NCBI RefSeq assembly: GCF_023055435.1
Contig: NW_025964001.1
Location: 41,416,001 to 41,480,000 of the forward strand
Direction of reading: 5' to 3'
Length of the DNA: 64,000 nt
Source of the DNA: Haliotis rufescens
Lineage: Eukaryota
In this document: one piece after another, positions 24,601 through 36,600 of the stretch
How positions within the stretch are numbered: the stretch's first letter is position 1
Layout: every line of letters starts with the position of its first letter
Notes under the pieces: model-generated
What the model was told of the DNA's origin: nothing
Seen by the model: only the letters and a program-made list of their open reading frames with translations
Databases searched by the model: none
Position numbers and translations under genes: made by a program

Positions 24601-27600
24601 GACCGTTTGCCTGCTGATGATACTACCCGCACAACTGATCTTCGTCAATCGGTTGATCGAGAGCGTCACTCAGCCTCCCAAGTTACATGAGGGGACTACG
24701 GTCTCCAGGCGGTCTGTATCTCGTTCTACCAGCAAAGAAAGGGACGTCGTGCGGGACGACAGTGGACACAGAAGTCGTTTCCGTTCAAGTCGGGACGACA
24801 GGTCGAGTGCCCCGTGGAGAGACAGTAAACGACATGAGGCTGTTCATCGCCTTCGTGGTCATCGGGAGTACGATTCGGACGATAACTATGATGGGGATCG
24901 TAGTACTTCTGCAGTTAGAGATCGTAGCCCTCGTCCCCACGGGGACGTGCGACGTTCTCGCAGGGAGTTTCTGGGAGTTCAGCAACGTAGTGAAGATAAT
25001 GACAGAATGACGCCCTCGTCCCACTTTCATATCGACCCGGCTTTGATAGCCCAGATCACGGCGGCGGTCCTCGCCTCGATGGCGTCGACCAAGAAGGATG
25101 GGTCCATGGACCGTCAACCAGTACACCAGCTCCTTTATCTACGCCTCCACAATCGACGTCGACAATGGATTGTGAGGACAGCCCTTCTAGGCCTCCCAAA
25201 GACATTGAGTTGTTTGCTTGGCTATCTAACTTTCTCCCTGAGTTATCACAAGACGATGACACACCCAGGCGTGCGGGCTTTAAGGTCGGAGATACACCGC
25301 AGTCTCTTCAGTTTTCTCCTCCCATTGCCTTCAGAGTCATGGCTCAAGATATGGACCAGAACTTTGCCTCTGCTCTGCCTGGGCAGAGTTTCTGCAAGCC
25401 GCCTGGTAAATCTCGTTACTCGATTTATGGCATGCCGTTTTCGTCACCCATGAGTAGGGACTTGGATTGGGGGCTACTCTTCAAGAAACCAGCGCCCTCC
25501 AAGATTCTAGTAGAAGAAAGGCATTTGGAATCCATAGACACTGCTGTTCGTCACCAGCTACAACCGCCTGCTATGCTGTCGACAGCGATCGAGGCCCTCT
25601 CAGTGTACTTTGAGGAGAAAGAACCCCAGGACGAGGACGACAGGACGGTGCCATCGGTCCTCACCTGTATGCAACGGTGGATCTCGGATGTCCTCGCCCA
25701 GTCCCGATATGTATCAGGGCAGATTACTACGGCATGTCGCCATGGTTACATCGACTGCACTGAACTACCTGATCGTCATGGCAGGTCACTCTTACTGGCC
25801 CCGTGGTCATCGCAACAGTTGTTTGACGGTCGTACCAACGAAGTTCTGGACAAGTACTCCAGGGAAGCCGAGCGTGACATCATAATTTCGGCTTAAAACA
25901 GCAGCGCTTGTCTCGTCGGCACATCGAGTTACGACTCATAAGCTGTACGATGACAAGTGGACCACTTTCTCCATTTTCGCCAGGTCTCATGGCTTCAACC
26001 CGGCGGTAGCAGTCCCACCACAGGTGGCATAGTTCCTAGTCTATCTCCGGTCATCTCGGCGTCTCAAAGCGTCTACAATCTCGACTAATCTGGCAGCTTT
26101 GGCTTCAGTAGTGCCCTCTCCTACGGGCGACAAGCTCACTAAAGTACCGTAGTTGCAGCAGATTCGACGTGCCTTCATGGTTCAAGATCAGTCACGTAAA
26201 TTCAGACTGCTGGCCTGGGACCTCTGCGCAACCTGTCTAGTCAGGATTACAAGCCTGTAGATCAGGTCGCGTTCGATTTATTGTCTCAGAAAACAGCTTT
26301 CCTTCTCTCTCTGGCTACGGCAGCAAGAGTATCGGAAATACATGCCATTGATGTCGGGTGGATTGTGTTCGATCAGCGTAACCATGGCATCGTCCATCTT
26401 GGTCTCAGATGGGATTTTTTAGCGAAAAATCAACTTCCTGGCCAAAATTCGAGAATCTTGCACATTTCTTCTTTGTCTGCCATTATGGGCCCTCATGATC
26501 ACACTGATCTCACCCTGTGCCCAGTTTGTGCGCTTCGTATTTACCTGCAGCGATCTGAACAGCGACGACAACATTTTTGACGGCTGTTCATACCGCTCTC
26601 AACCAATGCAAAGAAAGAGATTACACGTAATACTCTCTCCTTTTGGTTGAGAGCAGTCATTCTCAGAGCTTAGGAGGCACAAGGACTCGCACCTCCCACC
26701 TCCTCTCATCCGCACGAAGTTCGAGCCATAGCTTTAACATTAGCACTCCACAGTAATTGTTCGCTGCAAGCTATTATGGAGGGCTGCTTTTGGAGATCTA
26801 CTTCAGTGTTTGCTTCGCATTATCTCAGAGATATCTCAACAGAAGACTCTAACAGTTTGGTCAACTTGTGGTGGCACAACTAATCTCTCAGAAAAGACAT
26901 TCACTTTGGACATTTTGCTCGACACTTCGTGCCATATAACATGTTAACAAAGCTGTTGGTGAATGTACGCATTCTTATGTTTTTTTGTTGCGTGCAGTAC
27001 TTCGGCTTTTTTATTATGGTTATTCGGTGTATGCATCGTCTTCCCATACTTTATAGTACTGCTCATATTTTTTAGTTACCTTGTATACTGCAAGTTGCTC
27101 TGTAACTAAATTATGCGCCGACCACACTTCAATCGCAGTTCAACTGACGTGTGCAGTTGTCCTGGCGCATCGATAATAAGTTGTGTGTCGAAGAGCATTA
27201 ACCATGGTATTTTTAGTTACCTTGACTACGGCGAGTTGTTCGGTAACTAAATTATATGCCGATCACACTTCGATCGCAGTTCAACTGACGTGTGCAGTTG
27301 TCCTGTCGCATCGATAGTTACTTGTGGGTCGAAGAGCATTAACCATGCTGTTTTGGTTCTTGTATACTGGGAGTTGCTCTGTAACTAAACTATACGTCGA
27401 CCACACTTCGATCGCAGTTCAACGGACGCGTGCAGTTGTCCTGTCGCATCGATAATTAGTTGTGTGTCAAAGAGCATTAACCATACTGTGCGTTCGTGAT
27501 AAACAACTTGCACCGTCTTTGGCAGACTTTTCTGCATTACTTAAGTCGCAGATGGAGGAGGTGAAGTCTCAGCTCAGGCAGGAGCTACGAGCTGAGCCTT

Positions 27601-30600
27601 CCCCATTGTCGGCGCCGGATGCGGCTTTAAGACCTTGTGTTATACCCGGCGTCGGCCGAGGCAGGCCAATTGGTCTGGGGGAGGATCCGAGACCAGGCTT
27701 CGGCTCCGGCTTGAGGTCGCACCCCAGCGGAGGGGTGGCGGGCGCCAGCCTGTGCACTACCGACGCACAATTTTTCCTAGCGGAGCCAGACGCCTCTTCC
27801 GAGGCCGAGGCTTCCACTACTGGATACCTAGCCCAGAGCCAGGTGGGTTCCCTTGAACCCCCGGCACCTTGGGACCAGGACTCAGCTTCCGGCCGGGTGC
27901 AGCCCGGGGATGCGAGGGCCCAGGCCTTCGGGCGTCCCCTTCCGACTTCGTCTGCTTCATCTCTCGGGGAAGAGTCGATTAACTTCTGCTTGGAAAAAAT
28001 AATCCGTTACCCTGGGGGGGGACTAAGGTCAAGCAGGGCCGACGGTTGCCCCCCTTTCCCGGGTGCGGTGCGGAGTTGAAGGCTGCTCACATATGCTTCG
28101 AGGAGCAATATCGTAATGCATACCAACAGCTCCGTGTGTCCGTACACTCCGCGTATCTGTCGGCTGTACAGAGGGAGTTAGCGGGGGAGGGGCCAGCCAA
28201 CTCTTTGGAGTTGGCCACGCAACTAACGAAAGTTCACAGTCATCTTGCGCAGGACGCTATTCGTAGCTGTGCCTCGCAGATGATGTGCGCTGTTATGGGC
28301 ATGCGCAGGCTGTGGATGTCAGTATCTAAATACTCGACTTCAACACGCCAAGACCTCCTTGCTTTGCCGTATAAGATGGGTGCCACCCTCTTCCCTGGGG
28401 CTCAACAGGTGGTGCGAGAGGCTGCTCAATTGTATGCTTCCAATACAAGAGCAAAAGAGGCAGGGGCTGGGGCAAGGCAGCTGGTCGAGGCCAGCAGGCT
28501 TTTCGCGGGGCCAGGGACCCATTGGGTTCCCATTAGCGCCCGAAGGCCCCCGGTTGGCCCCCGGTTGGACCCACAGTCGCAAGTTATCGAACTGCTGACA
28601 GCCGGGGTCCACTGCCTCAAGCTGGATGTCCCCTTAGGCGTCCGACTGGCTCTATTCCTGAAGGAATATGGGAGACAGTTACATCCAATTCCTGGACCCC
28701 GTCCATTTTAAGGGATGGCCATTTGCCTCGGTGGAAACATCATCCGCCCCCCTTCTCCGGGATAAAGCACACTCCGGTGCCTGCTACCCGAGAGAAGGCG
28801 GAATTCCTCCGTGCCGAGGTCGACACACTTCTTATGAAAAGAAGGAAAGCCAGGGCTTCTACTCAACATATTTCCTATTCACTAAAAAAGATGGAGGGTT
28901 CAGGCCTATTCTCAATCTGAGAAGGCTGAACAAAGTAATAGAGGTACCGTCCTTCAGGAGGGAGACACTGCGTTCAGTGATCTCAGCTGTCGAGACAGGA
29001 GAATGGCTAACGTCAATAGACCTAAAAGACGCCTATCTCCACGTACCCATACACCCCGAGTTCAAGAAATACCTGAGGTTTTCTTTCGACGGGAGGTGTT
29101 ATCAGTTCTGGGAACTACCATTCGGGATCTCCACGGCCCAGAGGGACCGAGGTCGGGAATCTGTCCTGGGGCTCCCCTTGACACTCCCGTTCCATCTTTC
29201 ACAGTTCAAACAGACGCGTCACTCTCCGGTTGGGGAGGCGTTCAGAACGATCACACTGCCCTGGGACTATGGTCTCAGCAGGAGATCAAACTGCATATCA
29301 ATGTGTTAGAATTGAGAGCGATCATGCCGCGATTCGCTGTACAGTGTTGCGTCCCTTAAGCACGCCAGAAACCTATGATTGTGGGTTCGAATCCCGGTTC
29401 CTCGCTCCTCACGAGTGGAGGCTTGACCCGGGGATATTCGGGATTTTCTATACAGGTCGTTACAGGTGGATCTGTTTGCGTCTGGGGTGAATCACCAGAC
29501 ACCAACGTTCTGCTCCCGAGTCCCCGACCCGAGGTGGGCGGCACCAGACACCTTCCAGCTAGATTGGACGGACAGAGTTCTGTGGGCCGAGTATGTTCAT
29601 CAAACATTACTAAATCGATAACACTCCAGGGAGCGTGCTCGGTTCGGTCCGTCAGTTCTCCACACTGGGCAGAGTTCTACATCTCTGGCCGATTGAGTCT
29701 TTGATTCGGGAATGGCGATTCTTCGGTAGCCATTACTAATCGATAATGTACTCGTTTTGCGCATGACCCTCGCTCGATCCTACGGGACCCTAAAGCCTGC
29801 CTAGCTACCAGGCGTATTGTCCCTAGCGATTATTGTCCCCGTTATCACTTGTACAAAAGTGGGTGGGGGTAGGGTGGGGGGGTGTTCTTGAGTTTTCACT
29901 TGCTTTACAACTGCGGCTTTTTTCATAGCGTATGGTCAGACCACGCCCTGTCTCAAGCCTCATGATAAGGTGGTGCCTCACGATAAGGTGGGTTCCATTT
30001 TATTAATTCTCTATAGTCTTGTGAAACGATGTGTTTATTTTCGCTTTTTGCAAACGAATGCCACTTCCTATATTATCTTTAGGAGTCTATCTTGATGTAA
30101 TAAGTGCCCCAAGGTGGATTTAATCTGAAAGAGAATCATACAAACCTGTAGAGGTTATGGATTCTCTGATGAAATCCTCCTTGGGGCACGGCTGCCCGCC
30201 CCCCCATATTCCATCTCCTATAAGACATTGGAAAAGTGATTTGGGTGAGAGTCGCTCCCCTTGGCGTGTGTCGCCTGTAAACCTCTATCCGTAACCTCTA
30301 CAGGTTTGTATGAATTTGTACGACTGAAAACAGACCAATAAAACATCGTTTTTAATCTGAAAAACACATTTTTTTATATGACACAAGAATGACAGTTCAG
30401 GTAACGACTGTAATCTGATATCATTATTTCAGGTAGAAGCCACTTGTATACTCTGTAAACGTTAAAACTCTACATTGATAATTGATCCTTCAACACATAC
30501 AGGATTTTAGATGAAATTGAAACTCATGTTCCTGGTTTCACATATTTTTCACCATATTCAGGTTCGTCTCCTGGTGGATCTAGGATCCTCCCCTTCCTCC

Positions 30601-33600
30601 CTCTCCAGTCAGGAGGAGGATGCTCTGTCTCCACGCCACCATCATGCACAGCTGTAGCCACCCGCGACCTCCACTGGGATCTGCATCAAGGCCACATGTA
30701 CTATGTTTCAGTCAAAGTGACCAACATTGTCGGACTGTGGACTGTTGGTGTATCAGAACCGTACGTCCACGATGTCAGACTACCTTCCCTGGGAGTGGTA
30801 CTTGATATCTGTCCACAGGAGGAACAAGAACTTTTTGACATCACGGTAAAACAACCTGTGTCTATAAGGTTAACTATCTGTATGTCAACAGAATAGATTT
30901 CACGCTAACAGAGAAAACACATGATATCGTTTATTTAGACACCACTACATTGAACATTCAATAGTGCACTCATAGTTGCATTTAATGTTTTGGTTGCTTG
31001 TTTCATTTCAGGACTTTGTGGACGCAGATCTTCAGCTATCTACCACCACACTTCATACAAAATGGTCTGGGTTTGACGATGACCTGATTGGGGTCAAGTA
31101 TAGTGTCTGTATTGGTACATTGCCTGGACTGCAAAACGTCAGAGTCTATGAAGATGTTGAAAAGTCCATGTCACACAAGTTTAACAACTTGATACTAAGT
31201 TTGCACACTGTAAGTGAACATGTAGATACCTGTCATTTTGTCATTATAGGCTACGTCACAAACACATATGTGAGATATGTTCAGAGTCACCATATTTAAT
31301 ATAGGGTTAGTTCAGGTTACAAAATCAATAATGATATATTATATGTTTGATATGAAGAAAGGACCCGTCCTTTAATCGGCATTTATATGTAGCTGAGCAC
31401 AACCTTTCAGTTGTTGGCCTCTTCTCTCACAGGTGTACTATGTGACAGTGCAGGCCAGGACATCTGCTGGAGAAATCAGTCAGTCATCAGATGGGGTCAT
31501 GGTCATCAAACATAATGAGGATGTAGGTGGACGTGTCACAGTTAGAGATGGAGACGGATGTCCTAATGGTATGACTTGATAGGATATATTAGTGTGCGAT
31601 GTGGACATTTTTTGGGCATGACTAAAACAAATGTTTTTCTTAGCAACTTAAATGTTATAATAAGTGAGAGTATAGGTGTAATACTTCTTTCCATCCAGGG
31701 ACTCACAATTGGACCACAAGCAAGACTAACGTTCGAGATGTACCTGTAAGTACACCAAAACCTCGTCATGAGAACTCACTGAACACTCATTCATCGAACA
31801 TTTGTAAACACCACAATAGCAATGAATATGAAGTTGTTAGACCTCAATGATGAAATATTGTTCCAACTATGTGTCGTTTCTCGTATATGTTTACTTAATG
31901 ATTTTGCACCTTACACTGTGGCATCAGTGTGTTCCTGATCTGATCTACCAAGTGTCCACGTCCGTGTATACCGCCAACTGGGAAGCGACTGGTGTCAACA
32001 TTCCCTACACTGATGTCCAGATACGTCTTGAAACAAAGTTCCATGGGTCAGGTATATCATCTTATTATCACCGGTTTTATATATCAGAACACAATACACT
32101 GACATGTGTGGTTTCTTGTACCACAATATACTCAATCTTTCACTTTGATATGCACCGTATGATGGGGCATAGTCTCTAATTGAGATGTTGTTTCTGACAT
32201 TATTAATGAAACGTATTGATTCAAGAAGAGAGGTAGGGCTCTTAGCCGCATGTATTATAAAGGCTTCTCTGGGTCACATGGTCACAAGTGAAAGAGAAGC
32301 TAACAACACTTAAACAAAATATCTGAGGCTTACTAATTAGCAAAGGCTATAAACCATTCGGAGTAAGAAAGTCACTCCCATGGCAAGTTTCAGAAAAATA
32401 GGCTGACTGCAGTAGAAATGCAGACCAAATGTTCAAATAGTTTTGAAAAAATGGATAAATTGCATTACAAGAACATTCAGTCCAACATGGCTTCCATACC
32501 ATGGCACCAATGTCCAAATTTGAAGAATGTGGAATGAAAAGCATCTTACGTGGTTGAAGCATCAAAACTAATTGTCTTAGCAGTAGTGGAACAATAGGGT
32601 TAATGATATTATTGTACAGTCTGCCTTTAGTTAAGTGATCATTGGCCTTGTGAATGTTGTATCTGGTAGCATCAGTCAACATACACACAAGTTGGACAGA
32701 ATCGGACAATGTAATACAAATGACCAAAGATAACACGGGTGTGTGCACTCAATATTAAGATATCATTTGTAAAATGCAGGTGGCAACTTATACATACATA
32801 TGCCAAGTAAAGTGTTCAAAGATGAGATATAAAGTATAATGTGCGTACATATCCATATTTTGTATACACATAGCAACAAATGCCTGAGAGACAGATAATG
32901 CATTTCCAGATGATCTGTGGCACACCGTGGATGGGTTCACAAGCCTGGGAGTCACGGACTATGCAGTGTTAAGTGGACTTTCCCTGGCCCCAGGACACAC
33001 CTACAGGGCTGCTGTCATGTTCTGTGCTGTGAGAGTCTGCACCAGGCCCGTGCATAGTGACGGCGTGACAGTAATACCCCATCCTCCTGTAGCAGGGGGC
33101 ATCAACATTACATACAAGGAGACAGAGTTGATGTCACAAGTGAGCACTACGGTAGCCAATCATATTATCAACATAGAATATGCAGAAATATACTTGGACG
33201 TATAACTTACTGAAAGAAGATGGCTCTTCAATATATTTTATATACAGATGACATACTGGTCTAAGGTGCCACCTTTGGACATCAATATTTATGGTGGCAC
33301 TTAGAATGCAATTGGCGTGTGATAGGTTCGGAATACAAGATTTGACAACACTATATCCATACACAGTGTTGAACATTTAATGCCAACATAATCTTCCATC
33401 GTTGTCCTATGATTTAATGACTAATACATGTTGTGTTGAACTCAGTCAAACACTTAAAAACTACAAATAGCAAGTTTTCTTTACTTTTGCACAGCTCGAG
33501 GTTGCTCTGGATCGTTTCCGCGATGGCGACATACCTGTTACATCCAACTCGTATGCTGTGATGGACAGGTTTGAGTGGAGTCTGACAGATAGTGGACATT

Positions 33601-36600
33601 TCAGCAACCTTCTGACACATTGGACACCTGTGAACAATCTTAGTAATCAGGATACTCAGGTAACCTTAATGATAAAATACATTTCATCTTAAACTAACGA
33701 TTCCATTCAAAACACATTCTTGATATCTGCAAAACACGAGTTATGTTGATAACGTGAATTTCATTTTTGTGTGGCAGGTTTTATTCACGATCAGCCTCTC
33801 CAGACCTCTGGACTTTAGTAAGTGTCGCCGCCTAGCCGTCAGAGGATACAACAAAGTGGGTCACTCTACTGTAGTGTCTGCTGATGTCAGAAACTGCTCT
33901 GCCTTTGATCTACTCCTGGTGAAGCCTTCGCTCGTCATTGATGCCGTTGGTAAGAAATGTAAAATAATAGTATAATGTTCACAAAATCGATGCACAACTG
34001 TATGTATGCCTCAGTATGATGTCCTATTAAAATATTATAACATATTGTATTTACTTCATACATACATGAGGGTACATGAAAAGTAATAAGTATTTTTCAA
34101 AACAAATTTCCTTTGACGTTTCATAACCCTTTCCAGAATACATTTACAAAACACTTATTTGTGAAAAATACACTAATAACATTTGCCAAGGACCAAAATA
34201 GTCAAAGGTTAGGTCCTTAACAAAAGTTGAGTAACATTGTTGAAATTTGCCAGAAATGTTTTTTTCAGTATTTATACTGTATGGTTGGTTGGTTGGTTTG
34301 TTGTTTAACGCGCTGCACTTAGCAAGATTCCAGCTATATGATGGTGGTCTTTAACTACATTAAGTAATACGTTACCACTGTTATACCGAAGCTGTTGTAC
34401 CCCACAACTGCTCTTATAGCGAAATCTTCCACAGAGATCTCAATCACCTCATGAAGCACGTGCGTAGCCACCTAGCTGCCATGTGACACCCTTTACTCAT
34501 GTCTCTTCGCTTGCCATAGCAAGACGTGTATCGACTGCTCTACTTGCGTTCTACGGTTTTCCACCTCCTGCCTATCTTTTGTGATATTTATTACTGTTTC
34601 TTCGTCCTAAGTAAACTGTAAATTACGGGGCGTTCGTTATACGGCGCTTAGAAAATTTTCCCGCCTAAATTTTCCTGCCTTTGTTTTCGCTACTAACGGG
34701 GTGTGGCGTCAGCACTTTGTGTCTTCCGTCCACCTTTAGTGGTATATCGTGGTGTTTTTTTGCATCACCTATTAATATTTATATATATCTATTATATGTA
34801 TTTTATGTATTCGCTATTATCGTTTGTTTTTCTTCGGAAAATCTATGTTTGTGAATATGTTTGGTGTGTGTGTTGTAACCATGTTTTGTTTTTGTTCAAA
34901 GAACAATGTCTGATTCCGTCGCGGCTTTGTTGTCTCAACTGGTGGACTCCAAACTGGTGGCCTTATCTCAGGATAAGGCCCTGGTTGTTCCGTCCCCGGC
35001 CCCTTCGGTGGCTGCAGGTTCGGACGCGGGGTCGACGGGTACAGCGGCGGCTAGCGTAGTCACTGTACGAGTCTGTCAACAAGGCTTTTCCCGCGTCAAC
35101 TTTGTTGCGCAGATTTAAGCCGTCTTTGGAGAAAGCCTTCGCGGCGGCCTCCGGTCGGGGACTCCCATTACCCCTCAGGATACTGCAGCCGGGAAGTCCA
35201 AGGTTTTGGTTTGTGGGTGCTCCCCATCGCCTACTGTGGTAGTCAGCCTCGGTATAACAGTGGTAACCTATTATTTAATGTAATTTCTATAAGTAATACG
35301 TTACCATTGCTGCCCGCCCGTCCGTCCCCCGAGCACTTGCTCTCGCAAGAGACAAGAGTGAAGGGTGTCACATGGCAGCTAGGTGGCTACGCACGTGCTG
35401 CATGAGGTGATTGAGATCTCTGTGGAAGATTTCGCTATAAGAGCAGTTGTGGGAGACAACAGCCTCAGATAACAGTGGTAACGTATTACTTATAGAATAT
35501 TCGGAATAGGAAAATTCTACAAAATAATCGAGTCTGGACCAGACAATCCAGTGATTGATATCATGAGCATCGATCCACACAATTGGGATCGATGACATGC
35601 ATCAACCAAGTCAGCGAGCCTGACCACCCAATCCCGTTAGTCGCCTTTTACGACAAGGATAAGTCGCCTTTTACGGCAAGCATGGGTTGCTGAAGACCTA
35701 TTCTACCCCGGATCTTCACGGGTCTCTATACTATATGAGTCACCCTTATATGATGCATGCGGAATGTGTTCTCGGCTTTCGCTCGGTCGCGAGTTGCTCT
35801 TTGCTGTGCATGTATATTCTTTTCACGTGATTTGATTGTATTATTTGTTGAGCCTTGAAGGTTTATAGAAATATTTGAAAAATAATTTCACACCATTCTA
35901 TCATATGTCGCCGTAGCCTAGCCGATGTTAGTTATTACTTTAAATCACATTATGAAGATCTGGGCCCTGCTGGCGACAGAGATTTTCTAACAGATTTTGA
36001 AATCACTGAAATGTTGGTTCAATATCATGAAAAATTTAAAAACAAGTAATTGACCGTTTAAAGAATTGAGTATGAAGGGGAGTTATCCCCACGTGCGGTT
36101 CATCGTTTTGTTTAGTTCCTTCAGTGGGGGCGGTGGGAAAGCCTAGTGGTTAAAGCGTTCGCTCGTCAGGTCGAAGACCCGAGTTTGATTACACATATGT
36201 CTACAATATGTGATGCCCATATCTGATGTCCCCCGCCGCGAAATTGCTGGAATATTGCTAAAACCGGTGTAAAACCATATTCACTCACTTCACTTAATCA
36301 CTCACTCATATATGAGTTGCATACCTGTATGTCATATATTCCTGGCAGGTATAATGATTGGAAAGGACATTGGGAACAGCATCACCTTAGAACAGAATGC
36401 CCTGTGGCCTATGCTGGATGTTGATTATACTCCCTACAAAAACGTCCTGTCTGCTGTGTGGCCAAGTTTACGTCACAGGAAGTACAAGTGGGCGGTGGTA
36501 GCAGGTGACAAGTTGGACCCCACATCTCACTACAAGCGGGAGAGTCTGATGACTTTCACTGACCCATGTGCATTGGCCGATGTTGTCAAATGTGGAGAAA

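Noticed and set aside
29135-29150. Internal deletions of G relative to E as spliced-out introns
   Set aside because: The breakpoints I checked show short microhomology (GG) and no AG at the 3' side.
32250-32760. ORF 32347-32748 (and 52532-52849) as genes or LINE fragments
   Set aside because: No recognisable motifs; may be old TE debris but I cannot support a call.
35635-35725. HDV-like ribozyme at the 5' end of SINE family 2 (GGCGACTAA hairpin motif)
   Set aside because: Could not build the nested double pseudoknot by eye; needs an RNArobo/Infernal search.
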